Source: Selaginella moellendorffii (lineage: Eukaryota > Plantae > Lycopodiophyta). Taken from it: a stretch of DNA of 64,000 nucleotides. The notes beneath the pieces are model-generated. The model searched no databases. It worked only from the letters and a program-made list of their open reading frames with translations, and was not told where the DNA came from. The stretch is from positions 133,172 to 197,171 of the forward strand of contig NW_003314349.1 in assembly GCF_000143415.4 (NCBI RefSeq), given 5' to 3'. The position numbers and the translations under genes were made by a program. Shown here piece after piece: positions 34,501-46,640 of this stretch. How positions within the stretch are numbered: position 1 is the first letter of the stretch; each line of letters begins with the position of its first letter.

Positions 34501-35475
34501 CTTCAAGCACGTAAGTGCTAGCAAGTCAGTCGCCACCACCACCTTTACTCCATTCGCATGAGCGCTCGAAACCAAGCTGGCGTAGTCCGTGATACTACCA
34601 TCGGTCGCAGGATACTGGACGAGAACACCGCAAACGTCCTTGGAGAACTCAAACTTGTCGGGATCCACGATCGAAGCAGTCATCCCGAGACCATCCGCAC
34701 GAGTGACGCAAACATCGATCGTCTGGGGGTGGCAGTTGCTAGCGATCAAGAACTTGGGCCTCTTCCTACTCCCGATGTTGAGACACATTCCCATGGCCTC
34801 GGCAGCAGCGGTTCCTTCGTCGAGCAGCGAAGCGTTGGACATCGGCAAGCCCGTGAGCTCGGCGACCATGGTCTGGTAATTGAGAAGCGACTCCAATCTT
34901 CCCTGGGCGATCTCGGCCTGGTAAGGTGTGTACTGCGTGTACCATCCCGGATTTTCCATGATGTTGCGAAGGATCACGGGCGGGACGATGGTGTTGTAGT
35001 AGCCCATTCCAATGTAGGACTTGGCGATCTTGTTCTTGGCAGCCAGATATTTCATGTGGTCGATCATCTGGCTCTCTGTCAATCCCTCATGGAACTTGCC
35101 TGGCAGCGACATCGGCCCCCGCTTGATCGGCTTTGGAACCGTGGCCTCTACAAGCTCATCCATGCTCGAGAATCCCACGGCCTCGGCCATTACCTTTTGC
35201 TCCTCCGCGCTGGATCCGTTGTGGCGCCGGGGAAAGGTATCGCTCGGACGCAGCGCCTCCACGGAGATGGATCTTGCGGACCATGGCAGCAGCGGCCGGG
35301 CAAGGAAAGATTTCGAGCTGCCGCCGCTGGCGCATTGGAATCCGGTGGACGATCCCTGCAAGAGCGATGCCGAGGGCAAGAGCGACGCCGGCCGGATCGA
35401 CGACGAAGAATGGAGTCGCCGATACAGCGATCGCTCCTGCTTCAAGCGCCGGATCACCCGGCCCGCCTTCTCCAT
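31568..35475 (-). CDS. GLDP: Glycine decarboxylase P protein, mitochondrial
   Basis: Transit peptide then [72 protein letters not shown] site [32 protein letters not shown]. Confidence 0.98.
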
Positions 35476-35601
35476 CGCGTCGACCGTGCCGCTCCCACAA
35501 ACCCTAGACGCCGAGAACACAGTGACCGCCTATCGTAGAGCTCATGAGGGAGAGCACCAGCCAACTTAGCCGAAGATCTCCGTCACCCTAACGGAGATAC
35601 G

Positions 35602-35746
35602 GCCACGTGGCAGCCCAAGAATCATCCACGTGGCAAAGCCGTCCAGCTGACAGAGGAGCTCCGTCCGGTGGAACAGAGTCCGTCCCCTCGCCCAGGCCAC
35701 TCATACTCCCGGAAACTTGGAAACCATAGAAAAATTGTGGGATAAG
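35602..35746. promoter_or_regulatory. Two G-boxes (GCCACGTGGC 35602-35611, TCCACGTGGC 35625-35634) and an I-box core (GATAAG 35741-35746) upstream of GLDP
   Basis: Motifs seen directly 130-270 bp upstream of the ATG; the combination is typical of light-regulated genes. Confidence 0.6.
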
Positions 35747-36007
35747 AGAATTTAGAAAGACTTCACACTATCAAAATGTGCGTCCTCCTCTTTTCCACCT
35801 ACAATGTATGTGATCCTCCACTCACAGCCACCACTCATCTACCAGTCCATGTATGGCGTGAAATAATCCATATAAAAAATATTTCCTTGATTTTTCTGCT
35901 ATAGCCTTCCAACATAACTATAGAAAACGATGTGATCCTGTGTGATTTTGTAAGAATAGTGTGTTTAGCCAGCAGAAACAAAAAAGAGTTACATATGATG
36001 TGAAAGC

Positions 36008-37682
36008 TTATTGTTTCATGAAGAGCGAGATGATGTTCTTCTTCACTGTCAACTCGTCGGCCTTGGAGGGATTCACGGCCTGGAAACAAATTGTGTGAGC
36101 GTTACAAGGCTTTTTGTGAAGAACAGCAAAGGAAAAAGAAGCTTACCCCTGACAATAGCCTGCTTAAGCGCTCGTGTTCCTTGGCTAGATACTCCTCGCC
36201 CTTGGAAGCGATGCTCTTGAGGACTTTCGTGTAGATTGCGCCATATCTTCACGAAACGAAACAGCGTGAGAACCTCTAGCTCGTAATTTTGATCCAAGGA
36301 TTTTACCCAGCGTCCGAGCCCTCTAGCTTGGCGATGGCTTCATGCAACTTTGTGGAGAGAGATTCCCGCTCGTCAGCTTTGGCAGCTACGAACTCCTGGA
36401 CAATGTCTTCTAGACTAGAGACAGTTCCGGCCTACAGGAGAAGCGTACACGTTAGAAAATCTTTGCATTCAGCTGGACAAGAACTTACCTTGTCAGTGAG
36501 AGCACCTTTGGAATCACGGTAAGTGCCACACTTCTCATTCAAAAACTCCACGAACTCGTCAACCGAGCGCGCATCACAATCCTCCCCAGCCTTGTTGGCT
36601 TTGGGAAAGAACTTCAGCGTTGGGTAGCCACTTACGTCATATCTGCAAGAACCAATGTGAAAGTGAGTTCACAATGAAGCATCAAACACTTACTTGGTTG
36701 CTAGATCCTTGTGAGCATCCGCGTCAAGCTTTGCCACGATCACATTCTTCTCGGCCTTATATGCGGTTGCGACAGACTCATAAGCCTAGAGAAGAAACAC
36801 GTCAATGCAACATTTATAAGACGCATAAAAGCCAATTGAGTCATACCGGAGCCAAGGATTTGCAGTGTCCACACCTGAAAAGAGACAAGTTTTTTTCGTT
36901 TTAGCTTCGTTGCGAGGAATACCAAACAACTTACCAAGGAGCGTAAAATTCCACCAAAACATCCTTCGTGGGGTCGAGCACAATCTCATCGAAATTGGCC
37001 GGGGTCAAGACGACAACCTCCGATGCCGCCACACTCAATTTCGCATTCGCACCTACAAGTGATTCGAATAAACTCAAGGAAGGAATTCTCAAAAACGCAA
37101 AAGCATACCTCCTTCTGTGTTGACGAATGCAACAAGATCCTCGGCAGTTCGTCCACCAGAGTAACTACACGAACAAGCAAAAAGTTGGCCCATTTATTCA
37201 TAACGAGAAGAAAAAAAACTAAAATTACTCTTTGGGTGTGAGAGATCCTTTCGGAAACCACTTGAGAGTGGGATACCCGCTTACGTCAAACTTGGAGCAC
37301 AAGCTCTTGTGCGCATCGCAATCTATCTGGTTTTCATTCAACCACAAAGTTCCAATTAATCGATAATCACATATGTGAGAAAAAAACTCGCCTTTGCGAT
37401 CGATAAGTGCTTGACTTTCCTAAACGCCGATCCGACCTTCTCATACTCGGGCGCTAGCTTCTTACAATGCCCACACCTGGAAAAATGCGATCGATTCAAA
37501 CGAGATCCGCCTAGATCCAACGCTTACCAGGGAGCATAAAACTCGACAAGCGCCGCCCTCTCATGCCCGACCTCGTGATCGAAATTGTCGGGCGTGAGGA
37601 CGAGCACATCCGATTCCTCGCCCCGCGCAGCTCCAGCGATCACGCACAGAGCCACAAACAAGACGGCCAGCATCCTCGCCAT
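36008..37682 (-). CDS. Protein disulfide isomerase, a-a-D (ERp29c) type, PDIL2-1-like
   Basis: Signal peptide, two VEFYAPW|CGHCK thioredoxin sites, C-terminal helical D domain (EHERLSRLL...[13 protein letters not shown]) and no KDEL; one GC-AG intron (37391-37327). Confidence 0.95.
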
Positions 37683-37806
37683 CGAGCTTCCACCTAACCC
37701 TAAACCACAGTGGCTCAAACACCACGAGGCAAATCCAACCGTCCGTTTTCAAGATCTAAAGGCCCCTATACGTGCACCTGGCAAACCATCATTGGGTATG
37801 ACCACG

Positions 37807-40800
37807 TCACAAGTTAATATAAAAATTGTTTAGTTTCGGGCAGGGACTAGAACTTGGCACCTCTTTGTGAGAAATAACGCCCGGCATTCCTAGAGAAGTT
37901 ACAAGGAAAGTTGTCCAGTATGATCTAGAAACTTGCGAGTTGTGGAGCTTCTCCTCTAGCGGCGATGTTTCGAGTGTAAGTTGTCCAGTGGCGATAGAGG
38001 GCGCCTTTGTTGATGATCTTGATGATGATCTCTGGAGGTTTTTGGACGAGGCGTACCCTCGTCCCTCGAGAGCTTCTGTGGACAATCCTTGATGAGAAAA
38101 CGAAAACACGCAACTCGCTACGTACCTCTTGATCTGATTCTTTGGTTTTCGTCAGCTTGGTGATGCCCGAGTGGAGCTCGGAAGGCTTACGTTTCGAGCA
38201 GGAGGCATCTTTAACTGTTTCTGGTATAGGAGGCTGGAGACAGGAAGTGTGTCATGTAGTTAGAACGAGACAACGAGAAAAATGTACCTGGAGTTCTGCG
38301 AGTTGATTGGTGACACTCTCAAGCTCCACTTTGAGCTCCACGACTTCGAGTTTTGCGGCTGTAAGGTTGCTCTCCAGTTTGTCTTGGGCCCGTCTGGCTT
38401 TGTCTCTAAAGTCGATCAAGTCCCAGCGTGCATCTTCCAACCGCACCTCGAAGACATCCGCCCTGGCGGACATTGCGTCGAAAGCCACTTGAAGTTTGGT
38501 TTTCGAAGTAAGAAGAGTTCGCATTTCCTGCAGTTAAACCATGTCTGTTAATAAGCCAAATTAGAAAGGCATACCCTTTCACCGCTCTCGACGGTTGCCT
38601 CGAGCTTCTCTAGCCGAAGATTATGTTGCAAAGTTCTGGTTCGAAAAAAAAAAAAAAAAACACGTCACAAACAAAGCTAAGATCAGAAGTAATTTACCTC
38701 TCGCCTTGCAAACGTTCATCCGCTTCTGATGCCTGAAGGTGTTGATATTCTTCTTGCAGCTTCTCAAGCTTCTGGTGTTTACAATTGAGTTCCTCCGTCA
38801 GCTTCTCGATCTGGTGGTGTTTGCAGGTGAGCGTCTCCGTCAGCTTCTGGCGTTCACAAGTGAGCTCCTCCGTCAGCTTCTCGATCTTCCGGTGCTCATA
38901 AGTGAGGTCGTCCGTTAGCTTCCCGATCTTCTGATGTTCAAAATTGAGTTCCTTCGTCAGGTTCTCGACTTTCTTGTGCTCACGACTCAGCTCCTCCGCG
39001 AACTTCTGGTGTTCACAATCTAGCTCCTTCGACAGCTGCTCGACTTTTTGGTGCTCACAACTGAGCTCCTCCTTCAGGCTCTCAAACTTCTGATGTTCAC
39101 AATCAAGCTCCTTCGAGAGGTTCTCGACTCTCTGGTGCTCAATACTGAGCTCATCGATCACCTTTTCGAGCTTGTGATGTTTACTATTGAGCTCGTCCGT
39201 CAGCTTCACTATCTGTAAAACAAAAACAATAACCAGAACTTCTGGATGGGGCAGTTACCTTTTCAGCGTGCAACGCACAAGTGTCGTTTGACGATTTCAA
39301 TAATTCTTTTAGTCCCTTCACCGTTTCTTCAGTTTTTTGCTTCACAGTTTCCAACTCCTAACAACAAAATATAAATGTAAACATGAAAAATGTAAACAAG
39401 AACGCTTACCACAATTTGTTGTTGATAAGATTCAGCTTTCAGTTCAAACTCTTGCACCATATGACCGTCTTCAAGTCTAAAAAGAAAGTTTGTTGTAGTT
39501 AAAGACAGTAAAAAGTGCTGCTTACCCGCTTCGAATCTCTTTCTCGATATCTTTTTCCACTTCCGTAACCTTCTGTAAGATCGGATCAAGTTCAGCTCTA
39601 AGCTTGTCCACCTGCATCAAACATATAACTGATGAAAGACGCATACAAATATGAGTACCGTTTGGTTCAAAGCAATCTGAAGTCGATTTTCTTTTTCTTC
39701 AAGTGTTTCTTCCAGCTTTTTGAGCTCCAAATGCAGGCTGTTCTCTACTGCCTCCATCCGTATGCTCTTGTCAATCTAATAAAAGTAAAACATCAGCACA
39801 CCCAGCAGAAAATTGACTAACCTCAGAAGACAAAGCTTGTATCTTATTGCTCAAAGCAGAACATTCGCCTTCTTTCTCCTCAATCGCATGTCTTCTTGCA
39901 GCAGATACAGCCTTTTCTTCTTCTAGTTTATAATAAACGTCTGTAAGTTCCTGCAAAACTGAACACTTCATATTCAATCAAAATGATTGCAACCTTACCA
40001 CTACCAAATCCTGTTTAGCCTCTTCTTGCATCTGCAAGGAAGCATTACGTTCTTGAAGTTGACGATTCTGCAACAGTGTAAAGGTTTACGTCAAGTGAAT
40101 CTAAAGGTATACCAAACATACCAAGTCCTCATAGGCTTGTTGAAGCTCATCCACCTGTAATCTACTTGCTCCGCATTGTTCTGTTGCAGCTCTAAGTTCG
40201 ATAGCAGTGTTATTTGCTGAACTGACTGCTTTTTCACGCTCCTCTTTCAAAAGTGTGATTTCTTCCGCCGCAGCTTCGACTTGCTTTTCTAACTGCACTA
40301 TAGTGCTTCTAGCTTCCAGCAGCGAAGTTTCCACCTCATGATAAGCACCCTGCCAGGGCAATTATTAATTTAGAAGTTCTGCATGGAATGAAGCCTCTTA
40401 CCTGCAACACTTGCAACTCAAAACTCGTCTTTTCCAAATCTACAGCTTTTTGATGTAGTGCATCCTCGACACAACTTAACTGATGCTTTGCTTTGTTGAA
40501 GCATGCCATAGAGTCACGTCTTTTATCCGCAAGAGATTCCTTTCTGTCTATATCCCGTTGAAGCAACGTACTCTGACTTCGAAGAGTTTTTAATTCTCTA
40601 TCAAAGTTTGCTTTTTCAGCCTACAAAGCAGATAAGCGATGCTTACAGAGAAAAAGATATTTCAAACACTTACCTCTAGTTTGCTTTTATCCTGTAAAGT
40701 TGTTCTCAGCTTAGCCTCGGTTTCTTTCAGTTTCGTCTTGGACTTTTCAAGCTCCTTTCGCAAACTGTCTTTCTCTTTCTCAGATGGAAGAGCCTTTACA

Positions 40801-43800
40801 CCCGAAAGATCCTTCTGCAGAGCTAGAATTTCGAGTTTCAGTTTAGAGCATTCATCCTCATGGTCAACCTGCAGTAAATATCAGATTCGTGCCAGTATGC
40901 AAGAGAACAAGCTGACCTCGGGTTTTTTCGTTGCATCCAGCGCTGCAGCTTCGAGCTCAATTATTCGAGCCTCTGCCAGAGTTATTTGCTGTTGTAATGC
41001 ATCCTGACACAAAATCATCAATAATAGGTGGATAAAAAAATTAACAGGAGATACCTTCTGGATAGTCAAGTTATGTTTAAGCTCTGCAAAAGTATGGCTG
41101 TTAAAGAGACGAAGTTCCTCAAAGCACATCACAGGCTCTTTGACCCCAGCCATAAGCTCTTGAATCCAGCCAGTTGCATGAGACATTGAGCCTTCTATTT
41201 CAGCCTTCAAATCCTCAAATGCTGTAGCCAATTGTACATATGATCTTCCCGCCTCATCTTTTTCTCGCTGCGACAAGGTATCAGCAAAAAATTAAGAAAT
41301 GTTTTTTGTATTGGTACCTCTAACTGCATGTTGCGGGTGGTGATATGTTCAATTTGTTGATTGGATTCTTTTAGTTCTTCATGCAGCTGGAATAATCAAT
41401 AAGTATTAGCTAGAAGGAAAAGAAAAAACAGTACCCCCTCAAGAAGCTGTTTGGCGCTATTTGCCTGAATTTTCTGGTGCTCAATTCTGCTATCAAGCTC
41501 CCGTTGCATATAAAACTTCTCCATTTCTAGAGTTTCCACCTGCAAAGAAAAAACAGAACTAAAAAACAAACCACAAGGCACATGAAAAAGGTAAACCTGG
41601 CTTTGTAAAGCTGCGATAACTTCAGCATGGATATCAAGCTGATTTCCATCTAGGCTTTTACACCTCCGATCTCCATCAGTGTGCTTCGCCTCAGATTTGC
41701 AGGCTGTGGCCTTCAACTGTTCATTCTCGTGTCGCAGCTTATCAATCTGGAACGTCACTATAAGACAACAGCTCTCAAATGGTGGATCACATACTTCGGA
41801 ATTCGCAACTTCGTAATCACAGTGTAAAGCCTGATATCGAGCTTGTAAATCCAGTAGTTCCTCCTGCCACAATTGTTAGATCATTGTCTGTCGAAAAAAC
41901 TAGTTCAGACCTCGTTGGCATGCAAGCGAGCAGATAGTTTGTGTCGTCGATCGCCAACAAAATTCGATGCACGTGGTGGGACAAACGTTTCCTTGTCCCC
42001 GCCAGTGACCTCCTTCGAATCGTTCATAGGAACGTCTTCTTCTTCTTTCAAGACCTCGAATGGCGGTGGGAGTTGCCGTTCGCGGTTCGAAACAACATTT
42101 GCTTTAAGACTTTGAACCTGTTTACGACGACAGATTAGCTATCAATATTAGCAAACAACATGCCGAATCATACCTCTACTGCCGATTTTGATGATGTCAA
42201 CCGCGGACACCAGGTTTCTCGACGGTTTGTCTACACAACTTGCAACTGTTGAGAGAAGCCAACATTTTCAAATTTACAAACCTTCTTCATGCTTTTGTCG
42301 GTGTGCCGATCATCAACTGCCGAATTGAGTACCATGGTGCTTAAGTTCTCTATCTGTTCTTTCATGCGGCGTTCACGTTCAGCCTTATTTTGTAGCTCAA
42401 GTGCCATCCTTTCTCTCTCCAGCTCAATCTGGAGAGTGCCTGATTAACCAGAAGCAAAGGTAGCTGGTCTACAATACCTTCAGCATATCATTGCGCAAAC
42501 TAAGTACTTCTTCTTCTAAGTGTTCAGAGTGGTTGTCCTGCACAAGATAATAATCAGACGTCATAGTACAAGTGCTTCCGCTAAAAACCTGTAGCTTCTT
42601 TCTTAATTCCTCAATTTCTCTTTTCTGTCGTTTCAGCAGTGCGGCATCTGTAACAATCTGAGAAGAACAGAAGTATTGCCTCTCAGAGTTCCAAATACCA
42701 ATGCATTTTTACCTCGTTCACTTGAGCACAATTAGTTACTCTTATAGCTCGACTGGCAAATTGCAGTGTACCCTTGGTCTCGTCAACGTGCACCTACAAA
42801 TAAAAAGAGCATTCGGTAAGAAGGAAAAAAAGAGAACAACCTATACCATTGCCGGTGTAACGTTACAGATAATAACAGTTCGAGCATTTCCACCTAAAGC
42901 AGGCTGAAGGATCCGCGTTAATTTGCTATCCCGGTAAGGGACGTGACCCCTTAGTAAACGAGTTAGTCGCCCCCAAGGCTATATATCAAAAGGCTCATAC
43001 CCCTGACTTTCAATTCCTTCACTTAGTTTGTTGATTACAGTTCCGAGAGTCATCAAGCTTTTGTTGATATGAGAACCTTCTTTTAGGCGAGCTCCTTCAG
43101 CTCCGGTTTTAGCAACGCGTTCCGAGCCAGCCAAATCTACAAGATTCTGGCCAAAAGAGCTGCGCGGTCAGCAAGAAAAGAAACACTGTAATCAGAAAAC
43201 TCACCAAAACAGAAACACGGACAGCGTCACAAGTTTGCAAGGCATCGTCCTGACTTCTGTCTCTACTTTCAATCACCTTGAAGAAGAAATGACATACAAA
43301 ACTCAAATAGTCAAGAAGCACAATGTGTACCATTCTGAATATCGTATGAGACCTGCTACTGTACACATTCATATTTGTCTCGCCAACGTGCCGATGCGCT
43401 GCCAAAGCGAAAACACAGTAAGCCAAGGAATGGAGTAGAAAAATATATACCTTCTCCAAAGTCCAGCAACTGTAACACTTGTTCCGGACAAGAAACTATC
43501 TCCTCCCTCAACCCAGCAACAAATATTCCACGCTACAGCATGGAGCTTGTTAAACAGTAGTTTCGACTGGAAAATTCTTACCTCAATGTTTTCATGAACT
43601 TGGAGTTTCCTGTTCTCCGGAGCCAACAGATCATTAATTTCTTCATTGTAGATTTCCATGTATGATACCCGCAACAAAAACTCTCTATCTTCCGCCTGCA
43701 CATTGGAAAGAAAGCACAGTCATCTAGGAAGCATCTGGAGCTACTCTACCTTTTGAATGTTGGCAAAAACATCTAGAACTGACAAAGGAACTATACCAGG

Positions 43801-44217
43801 CTCGCCAGGAGAACCTCTCATGGTGTAAGTTTTCCCGCTGCTCGTCTGCCCATAGGCGAAAACAGTTCCTGGAAACAATTCTCCAACTTCCAACCAAAAG
43901 AAGCAAGAACCTCAACTCACCATTGATGCCCTTCACGGCAGAGCTGATAATCGCTTTGGTATGAGCATCGTACAGCTCCACTGTTTTCTCTTCCGTCCCA
44001 AAAACGCTGTCTATCATCCAGAGCATTACTCGCAACAGCTCAAAGAGAAAGAATTGGCTATGAGCGTACCGAAGATGTAAGTGTGGCCGGGCAGCACCGT
44101 CCCAGTGGCAGCATTGCACAAAGAAATGGCGTTGGATGAGATCTTCCAAGGGCTTCCTTTGGCGGATTCCTGCTTGCTGAGCGGCCGGACACGAATGGAG
44201 ACTACAATCTTCTCCAT
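37807..44217 (-). CDS. Kinesin-7 (CENP-E-like) with long coiled-coil tail; 3' end approximate
   Basis: [76 protein letters not shown]; many coiled-coil exons. Confidence 0.93.
38755..39206 (-). repeat. About 11 tandem 42-bp (14-aa) repeats in one kinesin exon
   Basis: Consensus KLTEELxCEHQKxE, with two shortened 11-aa units. Confidence 0.9.
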
Positions 44218-44323
44218 CGCGGCACTGGCGCCCTGATCTAGCCTCTCAGCGAGCTCACCCCGGCCCCAAAACCCTGAGGCGCGCGTCCCTCGCTGCTCCT
44301 CGGAGCATATCCCTTAGGGCAAA

Positions 44324-44342
44324 TTTGAAATTTGGCGGGAAA
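44324..44342. promoter_or_regulatory. E2F site (TTTCCCGCC, minus) with adjacent CHR-like TTTGAA upstream of the kinesin
   Basis: TTTGAAATTTGGCGGGAAA about 110-125 bp upstream of the kinesin ATG. Confidence 0.6.
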
Positions 44343-44348
44343 AAGGTT

Positions 44349-46357
44349 TTATCTCAGATCAACAACATCGAATTTCACTTTGGGGTCTAGATATACATGG
44401 CTGGTTCTATGGTACAGTGGCGTTCCATCGCTTGTTGGATCGTGCCCATGGAAGCCACGCTTGGAGCATTGCTGGATTACGTTCATTCCACCAGGGTCGG
44501 AGAGCCGAAAAATTCCAAAGTTTCTGGAAGAACAAAAGAATTCTCTCAGCTAGAGTTGAGCCAAACCATGGAGAAATCTACTCACTTGGATGCGTCTTGC
44601 GGTGCCATCACGATCGCTATCGCTTCTGGCAACATCACCTGTGATGGAAAAGCTTGTTTCTTTTCGCAACGAAATAAAGAACACAGTGTACCTGGTAAGA
44701 GTAGTGTGTATGAACGTCGACGGATGACATGAAACAGGATTGCGTGGGATGTGTCTGCGGAAAAAGTGAGTTTGAGCTTCACAGAAAATGGAACGTCTAG
44801 TGCTTACGTGAATCCATCCCAGTTGAAATAGGCCACGCTTGTCTTGAGCGAAGAAAATCTCTTCCTCGTCTATCGTCTCGCACTGCAAGTATAGCGAAAT
44901 AAGTTTCGTTACGTGATATTGATCGCTTACGGTATTGGCAGTCGCTTGTTGCTTCGGAATGATCAGTGCAGTCACAAAGAAATTCCCGCCTTCCTACAAT
45001 AGCAAAACACTACTATGAAAAATGCGATGCAAGCGCAAGTAGTTCGTACCAGGGAGCCGGCTAAAACCCCACAAGTCTCAATGTTTTTTGACGTGTTGGA
45101 CTTCGCCATCCTCATAAACTCGTCCATCAGTGAAGATGACTGCAACGACACTCGTAAGCGTCAAAGGAAAAATGAACTTGTAATCGTTACCATATGCAAG
45201 TGCTTGGGTTCCTTTGACGGTAATGCATCGATTTCCAACGACAAATCGGGCTCGGTACTAACAGGCGAGCAGCTCTCTTGCGGCATTTCAACTGGAACGG
45301 AGACAGGGGGAGGGGAGAGCTGATTGACTAGATCAAATTGCGAAGGTGGCTCCACTGGTTGAAGTAGAGTCACGACATCTTCATCCTTTTGGTCCAAAAC
45401 AGCTTCTGGAGCCTGAGGTTGAGTGGGCGGCGTTACACTGTTGAAAAACAATACTTCAGCATCTTCTCTTCTTTTTCTCTCTCGGTAAATGACCAATACC
45501 TGTTGGTTTCCGGAGGAGCGGGGTCGAAAAGGCATGGATATTGGATCTAAATTTCATGTTGTCAATGCCGAAGTAAGTACAATTTCGCAAACCTTAAAAG
45601 GCTCCAAGGGCTTCGAAATGTGAGGCTTCGAGACGAGAAAAGAATGTCTGGCTATGGTCTCAGCACTGGGAGTGGGAAGCCTCCACGACCTGCATTTAAA
45701 CAAAGGAAAACGCTAAGTACCGCATAAAGATCAGCAGCAGACATTACTAACAACTTGTTTTCGAACAAGGAAGCCTTATATACATTTCCGTTATTATCTT
45801 GAGAACTTAGAACAGGTTGTTGTTTCTCCTGGAAACCAAAAGAGCTCGAACAAGCATACAGAACAAAAGCAAGGCATACCTGACGAAGAATCGCTTGCCT
45901 AGTTGCCAGCTGATTTCTCGCACGAACCAGCGACTGTACATCAGGTTTTAGCGTTTCCAGCTCTTGCAAAGCCTCCACAAGTTTCTGAGCCACCACTGAT
46001 CAGATTCATGAGCTCGGAGGAATAGAAGAACTCACTTACTCGTTTCAAATGCAACTTATCCAGAGGGTTGCTTCCCAGGTACTGTCGATGATCCGGAATG
46101 GTTTCCGACACCAAGCTGGCGTACCGCAACAGCAACACATAGAGCTCCAGTGTATTAGCCTCACGCCTATAGACACTAGCCTGCCAAGAACAAACCCCAA
46201 ATCACTGAGCGAGAATTCTCCCAATCCATCCTCCCAATACCTGTTTGAGGATGTTATCGGCTGTGCGGAAGTAGATCCTAAGCGACAGGCGATGATCCAC
46301 GCGCCGCCGGGGAGCGAATGCCTCCACCGAGAACGCATTGCCATCCGCTGGCGCCAT
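44349..46357 (-). CDS. AMSH: AMSH-like JAMM deubiquitinase with N-terminal MIT/USP8-dimer domain
   Basis: YFRTADNILKQ, LLRYASLVSETIPDHRQY; ETCGVLAG, LIIPKQ, LGWIH|THPTQSCFMSSVDVHTHYSYQ, MLPEAIAIVMAP, ending VVDLR. Confidence 0.95.
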
Positions 46358-46640
46358 TGCGCTCTCCAAAAACCCTAGAAACCAATCCCCTGTTGAAGAG
46401 AGAAGAAAAAACAAAGAAAGTTCTTGCGTGTAAACCAACGACTAGGATCGACCAATCTCGGCCGTCCAAATCCTGCATAGAGATACAAAAAAAAAGACCA
46501 AAACAAAACAAGAAAAAAAAACTTCACACTGTTAGAGAGAGAATAAGAACAACAACGTAGAACAAACGAAGAACACTGGATGGACGACTGCGTTTACAAA
46601 TAGAAGACGATGTGAAGATAGCTGGAAAAAATTCCGCGCG

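Noticed and set aside
34558-35538. Long antisense or alternative-frame ORFs over GC-rich genes (also 15757-16575, 49066-50109, 59292-60275, 3150-4154)
   Set aside because: Expected shadows of high-GC3 coding sequence; no independent motifs.
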